A stretch of DNA of 64,000 bases, taken from NCBI GenBank assembly GCA_043228905.1, contig JBHGNT010000001.1, positions 31,558,001-31,622,000 on the forward strand. Direction: 5' to 3'. Below the pieces are notes generated by a model. It was not told the origin of the DNA, did no database searches, and saw nothing but the letters and a program-made list of their open reading frames with translations. Positions 14,001 through 27,400 of the stretch are shown here, in pieces; position 1 is the first letter of the stretch, and the number at the start of each line of letters is the position of its first letter. This DNA is from Azolla caroliniana. Lineage: Eukaryota > Plantae > Polypodiophyta. The position numbers were made by a program, and so were the translations under genes.

Positions 14001-17000
14001 GATGCCACCCCCTTGTTACAGCAACTGCCAACACCACACGAACTATCGTCATCTTCGCTATTGGAGCGAAGGTCTCGTCATAGTTGATTTCGTGGGTCTG
14101 TGTGTATCCCTTTGCCACTAACCGGGCTTTGTATTGGTTAACTAAATCGTCGGCGTTGTACTTTACCTTATACACCCACTTGCATCCGATCGGTTTACTG
14201 TGACAGGGAGGGTCAACCAGGTCCCATGTATCGTTGGCATCAAGTGCCCACATCTCTTCTTCCATAACGGCACGCCAATGTGCGTCCTTTGCCGCTTTTG
14301 CGTAGCTCTCCGGCTCACGCACTTCCGCCACCTTGGTCATGTACGCATAGTGATGCGCCATGTACTCATTGTACCCGTACTGCTTAACAAGTTCCTTCTG
14401 GCGGGTTGACCGGCGTAACCCACTGTTACCCGGTTTGAGGCCCTTCTTGGCCGGTTCGGTCTTTGATGCCGAAGAACCGTCATTTTCCTTTCCGGAGTCA
14501 GATCCGCTCCGATCCGACTCATCAATACCGGTTTCATAATCCGACATCTTCTTCTTCCCTTTCTCTTTGCACGTGAACCGTCTCCTCGGTTCCTTGCGCG
14601 GGGAGAGCACGACAGAGTCTTCATTACTCGTTGGTTCCTCATCCGACTAGTCGGATTGACCCAGTCTCTCGTTCGGCCCACTCAACCGAAACGATTCCGA
14701 ACTCTCTTCTTGAGTCCTGGATTCATCATCTTCTATCTGGACCAGTTTTGGCTCACTAGCCTCATCCTCTAGTGTCGGGTCGGGGTCAGAAGTTGGAGTT
14801 GGTAAGGCATACCATGATGCCGTCTCATCAAACTCAACATTGCGGCTAACTCGGACCTGCTTTGTCCGGGGGTTATAACACTTATACCCCTTTTGCTCAT
14901 GTGAGTAGTCGACGAGGATGCACTTCTCCGATTTTGCATCCAACTTCCTCTTCTACTCATCCAGCACATGCACATATGCTATGTTGCCGAAAATCCGAAG
15001 GTGTCTCAAATTCGGCTTGCGCCCGAAATACAGCTCATGCGTGGACACCTTGTCACCAATCCGGTTTTGGATGTAGACCGCTGTCCGAACCGCCTTCGCC
15101 CAGTAGAAATGGGGCATGCTCTTCTCTTCCAGCATTGCCCTTGCCGTGTCGACAAGCGACCGGTTCTTCCCGAGTTCGGCCACACCATTTTGCTCCGGTG
15201 TGTATCTACAGCTGAACTCTCTCCGAATTCCTGTTTGCTGCAGATAACTGTTGAATTGGCCGGAAAAGTATTCTTTTCCGCCATCTGACTGCAAGCACTT
15301 GATCTTCCTCTCCGATTCCCGTTCCACCATGCTCTGGAGGTTCCGGAAACAGTCGAAGACTTCGCTCTTCCGCTCAATGAGATAGATCCATGTGTGCCAA
15401 CTATAGTCATCGATGAAGGAGACGAAGTATCGACTCCCGCCAAGACTCACGTTCTGTGTCGGTCCCCATACACCTGAATGAATAAGGTCGAGCTTGTTAC
15501 GACTACGGTTTTGTTCGGCGGGGAATGGAAGCCTATGTTACTTCCCAAGTTGGCAGGCTTCACATACTTGGGCCTTCCGGCCACTAAACTTCGGCAAACC
15601 GAAAACAACTTGTTTCGTCTGTAGGTCTTGAAACCTTTGGTAATTGACGTGGTCGATTCGCTTGTGCCACAGGTCGATGTCCGATTCGACCTTCAGTCCT
15701 TTGGCGAACAAGGCAGTGCCGACATCATTGGTGTCAAGGATGAACATCCTCCCATCTCTACGCCCTTGCGCGATAATCTACCCCTCCTCCTCGATGAAGC
15801 ACCCGAGGTGCGTAAACCGCACATGCATTCCCTGGTCGACGATCTGTCTGACCGACACCAGGTTCTTCGTGATAGTCGGAACATGTAATATGCTCATCAG
15901 CTTCCCCCTCTATCCGACGTGGCTTAGGGGAACTTCTCCGACATGCACGATTCGGTGAGGAGTGTCGTCTCCGGTTTCGACAACTCCTGGTTGTTCCGGT
16001 TTCTCCAAGAAGGAGAACCACTCTTTGTGGTTCGTCATGTGATTTGACGCACTGGAATCAACGTACCACACTTCCTCTGATTTGGATGTGGTCTTCTTCA
16101 TCGAGTTAGCCTCATGTTTCATCACTAAGGTTGCCCCCTTACCGATCTTCCCGGTTCCGGATCCTCGCGATCCTTGTGCGTAGTGGGAGCTTTGTCGGTT
16201 CTCTCGACCGGTTTTGTCGGATCCAGATCTGTCTGAATCGGCGCACTTCTTCCAGCACTCGCTTTCTCTGTGGCCCTTTTTGCCACAGTTCCAGCATTCC
16301 GTGGCGGATTTGTCTTGTCGGCCTCCAGCTTCACCTTGACTCCCCCTGCTTATGGAAGTCCCGGAACTGCTGTCGGCACAGTCTTTTGTGTCGTCGGTCT
16401 TGCCCTTGTTGGTCGCCTCCATTGCGTGGCGACCCGCCTTGTCCACCACGCCCACGGGCCGATCCACCTCCGTGTATAGCATTCGGCTATCGGTGGGTGC
16501 ACTTGTTGATGCACCGGCGTGTTTCTCCTCTACAAGGAGCATCGACTGTAAGTCGAAAAATGATAGCGTATTCTCCCTCGTACATATCGTTGTCCGAAAA
16601 GCTTAGAACTTAGATGCTAGACCCCCAAGACAAACCTGTATAATCTCGTCTTCCTCTACGTGACGTTGATAGAGGCAAGCGAGTCACAAATCTCTTTGAT
16701 TCGGGTCGTGTAATCAGCCACAGACATGTCCTTCTGTCGGACATTGCTCAACTCCTGTCGGAGTTGCAGCTTCCGGGTTATAGTGCTTGCAGCGAACACC
16801 TTCTTCAAGTTTCCCCAAGCCTCTTTCGGCGTCTTGGCATCTCGGACGTGGCTCAACAGCTGGTCTCTAACACTAGACACAAAGCAGTACATCACTCTGC
16901 TTGCCGATTGTTCCCACACCGGGAAGTCCTTGTGTGCCGCATCAGGTGCTGTGTCGTTAGCTCCGTCGACATAGCTCCAGTAACCATGCCCAAGCAGGTA

Positions 17001-17564
17001 CTGGTGCACCTTGTATGACCAAGATGCGTAGTTAGATCTGTCGAGCTTCTCCACAGGAAGCGAGCTAGCCATTCCTCAATCCATTGTTTTTTTTTTGTTC
17101 TTTACAAAGATTAGGTTTTCTTCTTGTGAAAGCGTATGTCAGCTGCAAAGGTTCTCAACCCTCGCGCTCTGATACCATGTAAAAACAAATAGCGTGCGAA
17201 AGCAATAAAAAACAGAAAACAAAGAACATGTTTAATGGAGAGCTTAACAGTACACGGGAGAGACAGAGAGAGCAGAACAAGAATAACTATTTGAAAAATT
17301 ATCTCAACACTTTGTACATCGTATGTGTTCAGCGAACACTTTTATACAAGTCCATACAGACTAACAGAAGTACGGTGTACTTCAATGCTCACTCGAGCGT
17401 CTGACACTAACTACGAGAGTATTAACTCCCTAGTAGTCTAGTTGCTATTAGGCTTCCGGTTACTGATGGATCCGGCTGACCGGCTCCCCAGCTCACCGGC
17501 TCTTTTGCTCACCGGCTCAGGCTTATTTAGCCGATCCGGCTCCAATTGAGCTTGCCGCTCAACA
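11089..17564 (-). mobile_element. Full-length but decayed Ty1/copia LTR retrotransposon
   Basis: LTRs 17178-17564 and 11089-12147 (TG..CA) with 5-bp TSD CTTTA. tRNA-Met PBS (TGGTATCAGAGC on -) next to 17177; PPT at 12148. Domain order gag (16656-17072), CCHC knuckle and protease WYVDS (15910-16542), GAG-pre-integrase and integrase (14647-15747), RT YVDD (13672-14610), RNase H (12799-13422). Several in-frame stops and frameshifts. Confidence 0.97.
11169..11819 (-). mobile_element. Unrelated 651-bp solo LTR nested in the copia 3' LTR
   Basis: Absent from the sister LTR. Ends TGTCGCG..CACGACA (imperfect terminal inverted repeat) and is flanked by GCGG at 11165-11168 and 11820-11823. A TATA-like CTATAAAAG on the - strand near 11640 suggests orientation. 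Confidence 0.85.
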
Positions 17565-18835
17565 CTTTAAGCATCGAGCAGAAAGACCATTGCATAAATT
17601 TATCCAATTTCTTTTGAGAATTCCAATCATCAAGTCAAGGATAATATAAACCAACATCATCGTGGCTCATCCCCATAATCTACATTTTATGTCTCTCTTG
17701 GACATTAAAAATTTAGTTTACTAATCTCATAAAGATGTACGTAATGCCAATAGTTGAAAACACCAACAAATACACATATAATACATCTCGGTTTAATTCT
17801 TTGCTCTTTCCTTGTTCTGATCTTCATAGCCATGGATGATGAACACGTGGAATCTTTCATGTTGACTTCGAAACACTTTTTCCCTCATCTAGGTTGTGAT
17901 GTGTTTTCTCACCATAACATGATTCATACACAAAAAATAGAAACTCACTTTTATGGGTCTTCAATTTCTTACATTTTCTTTTCCCTTTCTCCCTAGTTAT
18001 GGATGATGGAATTGAGGTTTCTTTTATATTATACCGATCAAAAAACAATGACCTTTAGGGTGTCTATGGTCAAAATAGATTGTTATCATGACATTTCACA
18101 CACATTGATGGCTAGTAGCATATTCACTTCCTCTCCCACCGCCCTCAAACTTTTTATAGTTTGTCTTATGGGTGGAAAGTTATTTTCTAGCATAACATAT
18201 TGTGCTTTAACAAAAGTTGAAACAAAAGGATATACCCCAATGAGTTTTGAGGTTATTCAGGTGTACATAAGTCGCTTAAGAAAGTTTTTTGGATACCAAC
18301 ACTCACAAATGTTGGTGCTTTTCTAAAATTGGAAGTGTTTAACATCAAAATCACGAGATTTGAATGAGTAAAAGATCTCATTTGGAAAATATTATAGATC
18401 ACAAATGTGAAGCAAATTATCGACTTGACGTTTTACGTCAAGTTATGTGATAAAACCATCGAAAGATATAAGTTATTCTTAATAAGGCATTAGTGAGATA
18501 TATTACCGTGATAAACATTATCTTAAAGGTTACTTTTGTCTTGGAAAGATATTGTAAAGGAAGAATCTCAAGGTTTTATGATATTCTATATTTCCACAAC
18601 AATCAATCAACTAGAAGAATTAACCTTAAAATTCCATGTTCTTCATTACACTCATCCTCACAATACATACCATAAAAGGAATCATTTGCAGTTCCTTCTT
18701 AAATACTCATTCTTATTCTCTTCCATATAATAGCTCATTCAACATGAAATTGCATACCTATCATCTCTCATTTGTATATTGATAATACTTTCCACTACAT
18801 ATTTGGAACGATATAAGTTAATTCCAAATTTTAGG

Positions 18836-19902
18836 ATGGCATTAAGATGCTTGGATCGGGCAAACATTGGTCCACTTCTCCTATTGAACTTTGCATTGTA
18901 TGTGATTGTGCTTTCAATTGCCGGGTGGGTAATGGATAGTGTGATGGAAGGCACGAGTAAGTGAGTGGGTTTTCAACTACAAGAGGAAGATGATGATGTA
19001 GAATTGTTTTGATGGAAGTTATTTTTTTCCCCAGATTTTTTTGGCAATGCAGCTACTTTGTACTTCTCCTTGTTTACTCTTATTGCTGGCGTGGTTGGTC
19101 TTGCATCTGTTTTCTCTGGCATCCATCTTACAAGGGATCAGAGAGAGGATTTGACAACCACATCAATTAGCTCTGCCGCTATGATTGCTTGGGCACTTCT
19201 ATTAATTGCTTTTGGGTAACGTGACATTGCACAATTACCCTCTTTTCTTGCAACTAATGACAAATTTTGAGGAGATTCATGTTGATTTTGGATTAATTTT
19301 CACATTTTAATTCACTTACAAAGTTCATAACCGACATACAATTTTTATAACAATCTATGGAATTTTGTTAGTTGAAATAAAAAGAGAATTTCTGTAAAAC
19401 CTTTTTGGCAATGCGATATAACTAATGCAAAGCCTACATTTTCAATTCTTTTGCCCTATTTGGAAAAAAAAAAACAATCGCCAAAATATACCCAATGAAG
19501 CTTACCAAACAATTTTTTACTTTTATTTATAGATTGGAATAGGGAACCAATGTGAGTAAATATTCTTCGTAGATTTTCATCTTGCTTTGAGGTTTCCCAG
19601 TAGTAATATAATGCCTTGCTAAAAATAAGTACAAGTGTGCGCATGTAAACACAAAAATAATATAATTAAATTTGGCAGGCTTGCTTGTAAGCAAATCTAT
19701 ATTGGACACGTAGGTACAACTTTGGTAAGTATGCTAAACTTGGTCTTTTAACAATGCTTGATTTGCATACATTGTTGTTTATATAGATGTTAACTTTTTA
19801 TTTTCGCAGAAATTTATGGAGGGCTTTGTGATAATTCTGAGTGCAACACAAGGATATTATGTGTTACTTCTACACAACCATAATTTTGTATCAACCATAT
19901 AA
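18836..19902 (+). CDS. AWPM-19-like plasma membrane protein; exons 18836-18956, 19035-19215, 19679-19724, 19810-19902
   Basis: Spliced product has GPLLLLNFALYVIVLSIAGW..FFGNAATLYFSLFTLIAGVVGLAS..AWALLLIAFGLACKQIYIG..MEGFVIILSATQ, matching AWPM-19 hallmarks (GNxAT, FGLACK). GT-AG introns are in phase. Confidence 0.88.
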
Positions 19903-21206
19903 CTGATTTGTCTATACCAAATCAACCGGAGCGTGCAAACTCTAAATTTTCCTAATCATTTGAAAACTTACTCGATCTTAAGCTATATTGTTATGTATTG
20001 TAATAGAAATTCTTTGATTCTTTATCTAATATTGTATTTCTCTTCTATATGTACAATATCATAAGTTATAACATTGATTAGAGTAAATTATTATCATTGA
20101 AATAGGTAGAGAGCCATTATCCTCTCATGATATGTAATATATATGATTAATTGAACAAATTTATGGGGTCATCCATAAATGATATAACCCACATACAATC
20201 CAATTTAAACATGTAACAACAATTAGTTTCTACATAATGTCATGATTTGACATATGTTGAGATATTGCTTAAAGGAAACTATACCGTATATTTTCCTCTC
20301 TCGGTGCTTATACAATCTATACAACATCAAATGTAAAGAAATAATTGTACTTTATGGAGCATGGCTAGTGAAAAAGCACTTTAAATTTAGGTTGATGCTT
20401 TAATGAAGATTTGCATGCCACATGTCACATTGTGCTTCATCTTTGGATGCATGGGTGGACCTCTATTTTTAGGAGACCTTCATATGAGATAAACCCTTTG
20501 AAAAGAATATTAATGCACAAATGCATCGACATACATCAACATTGTATATGGGAAAAAATGGGAATGGGTGTAACAAGATGCCATGTTGTTGTGCATGGTT
20601 GGTCATCTTATGATTGGGAAATCTTAGTGTGAGGTGGAAAACAACCAATATTCGATATGCAATGGGGAATTTTCAATATGAATGTAAAAAATGCCAAGTA
20701 CATGTATGGGAATGAGAAGAGGGTGAATACTAGGTGCTCAGTCGTATTTATCAAGAAACCTCGATATGAGGTGGATACCCATAGAAAGATGTGAATATAA
20801 CAAAATGTCATGTAGATCAACATCATCGAAGGAATAATGGAACATTGTGATTGCTAGACACATGGCAAAGTAGTATTGAAAAATGTCCATATAAAGTAAA
20901 GAACCCATAAGAAAAGAACATTAACATAACCAACGACCAATAGATAGGTGCATATAAGATGAGTGGCGGGGAACCTTGATGCCGGGTGAAATCATGTAAA
21001 TGTATTTGAATGCATACATGACGATGAAGCGGGAGGGCAAAGCAACCCTACAAGCAATTGTTAAGATAACGTAACAAAATGTGTGATACGACCGATTGAT
21101 TGGCACTTGATTTATTGAATATGTGAGCTATGCGTGCATGGATGAAGTCTATTATTAAGAAAGCAGTCGAGGGAGAGGGTTTATGGTATAATTTTATAAA
21201 ATAAGA

Positions 21207-21214
21207 TAGGGTTT
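21207..21214 (-). promoter_or_regulatory. Telo-box (AAACCCTA) upstream of importin gene
   Basis: TAGGGTTT about 210 bp before the ATG. Telo-boxes are common in promoters of plant housekeeping genes. Confidence 0.4.
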
Positions 21215-21423
21215 AACGAAAAGCGTTAACCATAGTTAGGTTAACCACAAAACCCATCATTTTATTACATACATTGCATATTTATCATATTCTCATCGTC
21301 GCTGCGTTTGCGTTTTGCTGCGAGGTCGCCATAGCCAGAACTCTGGTTCCATCATTCTGATCGCATCGCTTTGCACAATCTTTATCGATCGTTTGATATT
21401 CTCTTCTTCCTGCATAAGAGTGT

Positions 21424-24400
21424 ATGGATCTTCCTACCCTTGCTTCTGTTCTGCAGCTCGCTCTAAGCCCTAACCCCGAAGAGAGAAAGCTCGGCGAAAC
21501 TCGACTCAGCCAGGTATGTTTCTTCTTCTTCTAAAATATCTATTCTTCTTCGATCTTCTTCTGCGCGATCACTTGAAAAAAATTGAGGTTGGCCTGTGGC
21601 TTCATCCTAAATATCTGTCCTTTTTCTAAATTTTTGTTTCAATATTATACATACGCGTTCACATGCCCTGGTAAAGTATTCAAATAGCTTATTTTTTTGG
21701 CCTCCTAGTGTGTGGATTTCCTTAGACTAATTCTACTATTGTTTTCTACCAGAAGCTAGTAAACCTTTATCTAAATATTTTGATTTTTTCAACAAAAAAT
21801 TCAATCGTTGGAGACCTTTTTCGTAGGACATCTCAAAATTTCGAGATAGTTTGTCTAAGATTAACGGCAATTTTAGAACATTGCAAGTACAAATTACAAT
21901 AAAGAACAAGTTTATTTTTGAATATTGCTGTCTCCAGTAGATCCCTATTTCTGAGACGATGTTTTCTTGATTTATAATTGGTGATATTTCACTAGCGAAA
22001 ATTGTTGATGTCATAATTCAGAATATGCAGATAATCTTTCAGCAGTTAACAGTTTTTTGCATAGACTTTATGCAGAATTCTCATTCAAAGAACATACTAA
22101 CTTGGATCACCTTTGAAGATATGAACGTTTTATACAACTCTTTGATAAATCATAGGGCATTTTATTATATCACTAAAGGCAATTAAATTGATATGTTTTC
22201 AGTGTCAGCATGCACCGGGTCATCTTGCGGGACTACTTCAAATTGTTGTCACCCCAAGCATAGATATATCAATTCGTCAAGTTGCTAGTATTGAGTTTAA
22301 GAATGCTGTTGGAAGGCATTGGTCAAATGATACACGTAAGGGATCTCAGTGTCAGGATTTTTATTTGTATATGCTAGCACTGAAGATGATGCACAGATTA
22401 TTTGTTTCTTTTTTATTTGTTACAGTTGTGCAAATATCCCAGAGTGATAGAAGTGCTGTTCGTGATCATCTTCTCGAGGCTCTTGTGCATGCCCCTCCCA
22501 TAATCAGGTATTGGGATGTCTTTTAGACATTATGGCGCACATTATTGATCCATGACAATTTATCGCAGAGACTTGTTGGTCTCAACATGTAGTTTTTTGC
22601 TACTAGATCATAATAAAAGCTTGTTTTGGACAAATTATGGAAAGAAAATAAATTTTGATGTTGAACATATAGGGTTCAGCTTGGGGATGGCTTGAAGACA
22701 ATCGTAAATAATGACTATCCAGAGAAGTGGCCAACCCTGCTTCCTAGTGTAGATGCAAACCTCAAGTCACAAGATCAACAACGAATTTATGGAGCTCTAT
22801 ATGCGCTGAGAATTCTCACAAGAAAATACGAGTAAGTTCTACCCATGTTTTATTTTTTGTTCTCTCGTTTGATTGGTGGAACGTGATTTAGAATGATAAG
22901 TTTGAACATTTGAACCAAGAAAATTGACCGAGATTGTGTACCAAGATTTACCCTTACTTGCATGCATGCAACAGTATTTCCAATCAACATGCTTGTGGGC
23001 TAGGGTCTGTGGTAGATTGATAATGCATCGGTATTTTGTACCAAATTAAAATACAACATCCAGATTCTAGGCTATTACATGTATTGATGAAGGACAAATC
23101 TTCTATTTACGTTTTTCACATGTAGATGAAACATGAATTTCGTTGCATGAGATTTATATCAGTGGTTGGTTGAGGTCAAGTGTATATTAAAATTGTTCTT
23201 GAAGAATGGAGAAAATGATGCAAGGCATGGAAAGCAGTTAGGGGTTTTAGTATAGAATCTGCGAAAGAAGCTTATAATCCCCTTGATAAGAGTCGGGATT
23301 CATCATAAAAAATAGCTTGATTTGCTAAAAGTATTCCATTTGACACTAGCAATGGGCCCAGTTTGGTTTCTTGGCCTTGAAACCAAACCAAACCAAACCA
23401 TTTATTCATAATAAAAACCAAACCAAATTGTATAAAATTTATGAAGCCATTTAAACTGAACCGTTTAGAGCCAAACCGTTTACGGAAATTTAGAACCAAA
23501 CCAAACCGGTTTATCATAAATCAAAACCAAACCAAACCAAACCATTTTTGACAGATATTGATCATCATACTTATTACAAATTTGTGTGAGAAAATCATTA
23601 TAAATTTGGTCATCATAAATAAAAAAGAGACTCTGCATACAATGCATATAAAATTTAATAAGTTAAAACTAGGGTTTAAAATTAAAAGTTGAAAGTTAGA
23701 GCTTGGAGTGAAAATTTAGGAGTATTTTTTAACCTATAAACCTTTAAACCGAACCACATAAACCGAAACCGAAACCGAAAAACCATGAAATTCAAAACCG
23801 AACCGAACCAAAACCAAACCGAACAATAAAATTTGAAACCAAACCAAACTGTTTATTTATCTTCGAACCAATAAGCCGTCAAGCCACGGTTTAACGGTTC
23901 AGTTCGGTTTGAGCCGAAACTGGGCCCATTGCTATTTGACACATTGTAAATGTTGAGACAAAAAGAATATTTTCATCCTTTGTCCTCAGACAGGGCAAAT
24001 AAATAGTCTTTTTGATGACTCATGCAAAGTAGTCATCCTTAAAATTCTGTGAGTTGGGATTTGGGTGCGTTTTTTCCTCACAATATCCTATCCAAAGGAT
24101 GATGATCCATGTTTGGGCTTTAGTCTCATAGTGTAATGAGTGTTTGCGACTATATAACAATCAAAGGGATGTAGAGTGAAGATTGGAGATCTCAGTGTAT
24201 TTTTTTTCAGATATTAATCTGGTGCGTAACCAATTTCAACTACATAATGCATATTGGATGTCTGGTTATTACATTTGTAGGTTCAAGGACGTGGATGAGA
24301 GGATTCCAGTTTATCAGATAATTGATACTACATTCTCGACTTTACTTAGCATTTTGCAGCACCTATTGTCTATCCCAAATGCACCAATTGAGATTGCTGA

Positions 24401-27400
24401 TTTGATCAAACTCTCATGCAAAACGTTTTGGTCATCAATATATGTATGCAAGTTATGTTGGACTGCTTGAAAGTAGTAGTTATTGTATACTTGGAGTTCA
24501 GAGGAAACCTTCAAATGTGTATCAATGTTTTTTGTGATCAGCTGGAGATTCCTAAACAGCTACATGATCCAAATGTATTTGGTGCTTGGATGGTTTGCTT
24601 TCACAACATTTTAGAGAGACCAGTACCACTAGAAGGTCAACCCAGTGACCCAGAACAGCGGAAAGGATGGGGGTGGTGGAAAGTCAAGAAGTGGACTATG
24701 CATATCATGAATCGATTATACCACAGGCCAGTAGTCTAATCATCTCCTCTGTTTACTGCGATAAATGTTTCTCCCATTCCTATTGGTGGTTCAATATACG
24801 CCCCGCAGGTTTGGAGATCCAAAGATGTCAAAGCCTGAAAACAAAGCTTTTGCTCTAATGTTCCAGAAGGATTTTTCTGCAAAGTTTTTGGAATGTCACT
24901 TAATGTTATTGAGTGTCATTCAGCATGGAGGATATTTGCCAGATCGGGTCATAAACCTTGCATTGCAGTATGTCAGCACAAGGTATGTTTCCATAGATTA
25001 ATGTGCATTATCCAAATTTTGATACTATCCTACATTTTAATGGTGTCTTTTTGGTTTAGCATACTGGAAGATAATTAAAAGTATTGACTAAATTTAGCAC
25101 TGGACTTCTTTGGTTTTCAGTATTTCAAAGTCAGTAACATATCAGTTATTAAAACCTCGTCTTGATGCTGTCCTATTTGAAATCATCTTTCCTCTCATGT
25201 GCTTCAATGATATCGATGATAAACTGTGGCGGGAAGATCCCCATGAATATGTCAGGAAAGGATATGGTGAGTCGTCTTAGCATCTGTGGTCAAACAAAAA
25301 TCTGAAGTTATTTTGGCTGTTTGCTCTATCTGATGAATTTTCCACTGATTTATACCAGATATCATAGAGGATATGTACAGTCCACGGACAGCTGCAATAA
25401 ACTTCATAAGTGAGCTGTTCAGGAAAAGAGGAAAGGAGAATCTTCAAAAGTTTTTGTCTTTCATAGTGGATGTATTTAGGAGGTAAACTTCTTAAATGCA
25501 CTGCTTAATTTCATTGCACGATCCAAACAATTAAGTCTGTGGTTGTATATTGGAAATACAGAGTGAAGGTTATATCAGGGATAAAGTCGTCTAATTGTTG
25601 TTTATTGCAGATATGATGAAGCTCCAAATGGACAGAAGCCTTACAGACAGAAGGATGGAGCCCTTCTTGCAGTTGGTGCCTTGTGTGATAACCTTAAGCA
25701 AACAGAGCCATATAAGTCACAGTTAGAACAGATGCTCGTTCAGCATGTCTACCCTGAGTTCAACAGTCCTGTTGGCCATCTGAGGGCGAAAGTGTGTTTA
25801 CCTTGACTTCCATAGCATACAAATGAAAATCTGTTACTTGTTTTTGTTTTAGATATTGTCCAACGGTTTCACATATCAAAACTTGACTTAATTGTTATTG
25901 TCAAGCACAGACAGCATGGGTTTCAGGCCAGTATGCAACCATTAACTTTTCTGATCAACGGAATTTTAGTGCTGCTATGCATAGTATTGTGGCTGCTTTG
26001 AGAGATCCAGAACTGCCAGTTAGAGTTGATTCAGTTGTTGCACTCAGGTCCTTCATCGAAGCTTGTGAAGGTACACTCTGCATTAGGCAGAAGGCAATGA
26101 GAAATGTAAATATGAACTTTTATTCATGATTATAAGCTGCAGAAAACTTGAACACTAATCTATCCCTATAGGTCTTTTTGGTCATGTTCGTGTAACGCTG
26201 TGTTCATGATTTTTTAGCAGATTTGAATGAGCTTCGACCACTCTTGCCTCAGCTCCTCGATGGTACAGTTTTTTTTATCCCTAATATTGGATCACAGTTC
26301 CTTCATTAAGTAAATTCAGATGTCAAGCTGATGAATTTGTGATAATACAGAGTTTTTCAAACTCATGAATGAGATTGAAAATGAAGACCTAGTCTTTACA
26401 TTGGAGACAATTGTAGATAAATTTGGAGAAGAGATGGCACCTTATGCCTTTGGTCTTTGCCAAAATCTGGTATGTCTTCTGTTTCCAAAATGCACACAAT
26501 TTTGCACTTCTATTACTACATGACAGTTTATTAATTGTTCAAGAAAGATCACTCACAGAAATCTTAGTTGTGTTGATCTTTCCTTTCCATGCAAATCCAC
26601 GTGTAGTGTTTAAAGGTTTGATTTGAATTTCATATTCATTACAATGGTTTTTTGTTATCATATCCATACTCCATATCTAGAGCTACTTTAAACCGAAATC
26701 AGAGAGAAGAAAAAGAGGACACACCATTATCTTGTAATGATATCTTAGCATATATCTATATCGTTACCTTCTCAACACTGCCTTATTCCATTACCATTAC
26801 GAGGCCTATCAAACTTGCATTAATTTTCATTCTTTCTCTCCATGTAAAAATACTTGCAAGTTTGGATATTTTCGCATTAGAAAGGAAATTCATCCTATTT
26901 TGGGGCTTTAGAGAATTACTATTATTGTAGATGTATACACCTTGTATGCTTATGGTTAAGAGGATTCTTATGGAGAGACAGATGTCTGTGGCACATGCCT
27001 TGTGAAGATATGTGAAGAGGAAATGTGTCATGTTCTTCAGTAATCAGTATTGTTCTTGCCGTATGCATGCTGAAATTTCTTTTATTTAGTAACGGATGCT
27101 TTATATTTCCTGAATCTCGACGCCATGCTGTTTTATTGCTCTCAACATTGCAAACTTATAATGTCCTTACTAGTAGCATAAATGTCATTAAGACAATGCT
27201 TCTAATGTCCTCATATATAATATAAACTGTGGATAAATGGGAGTTGATGCTGTGTTTGAATGAGAAAATCTGGTACTCTTTGGTTTCCAAGTTTAAATCA
27301 TAAACACATCTAATTGGTGTGTATAGGCTGCAGCCTTTTGGAGGTGCATACACTCTTCTGAGGGAGAAGAGGAAGAAGATGATTCTGGAGCATTAGCGGC

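Noticed and set aside
17565-18400. Possible decayed transposase flanking the copia (continuing 10500-11088)
   Set aside because: Coding-like composition, but no motif could be read confidently.
19457-19474. TTTGG(A)n in AWPM-19 intron resembling the LINE tail motif
   Set aside because: No flanking direct repeat was found.
20400-21110. Coding-like stretch with YAFKYIY, reminiscent of a Helitron Rep motif
   Set aside because: A single short match with no supporting motifs or termini; at most an unassignable TE relic.
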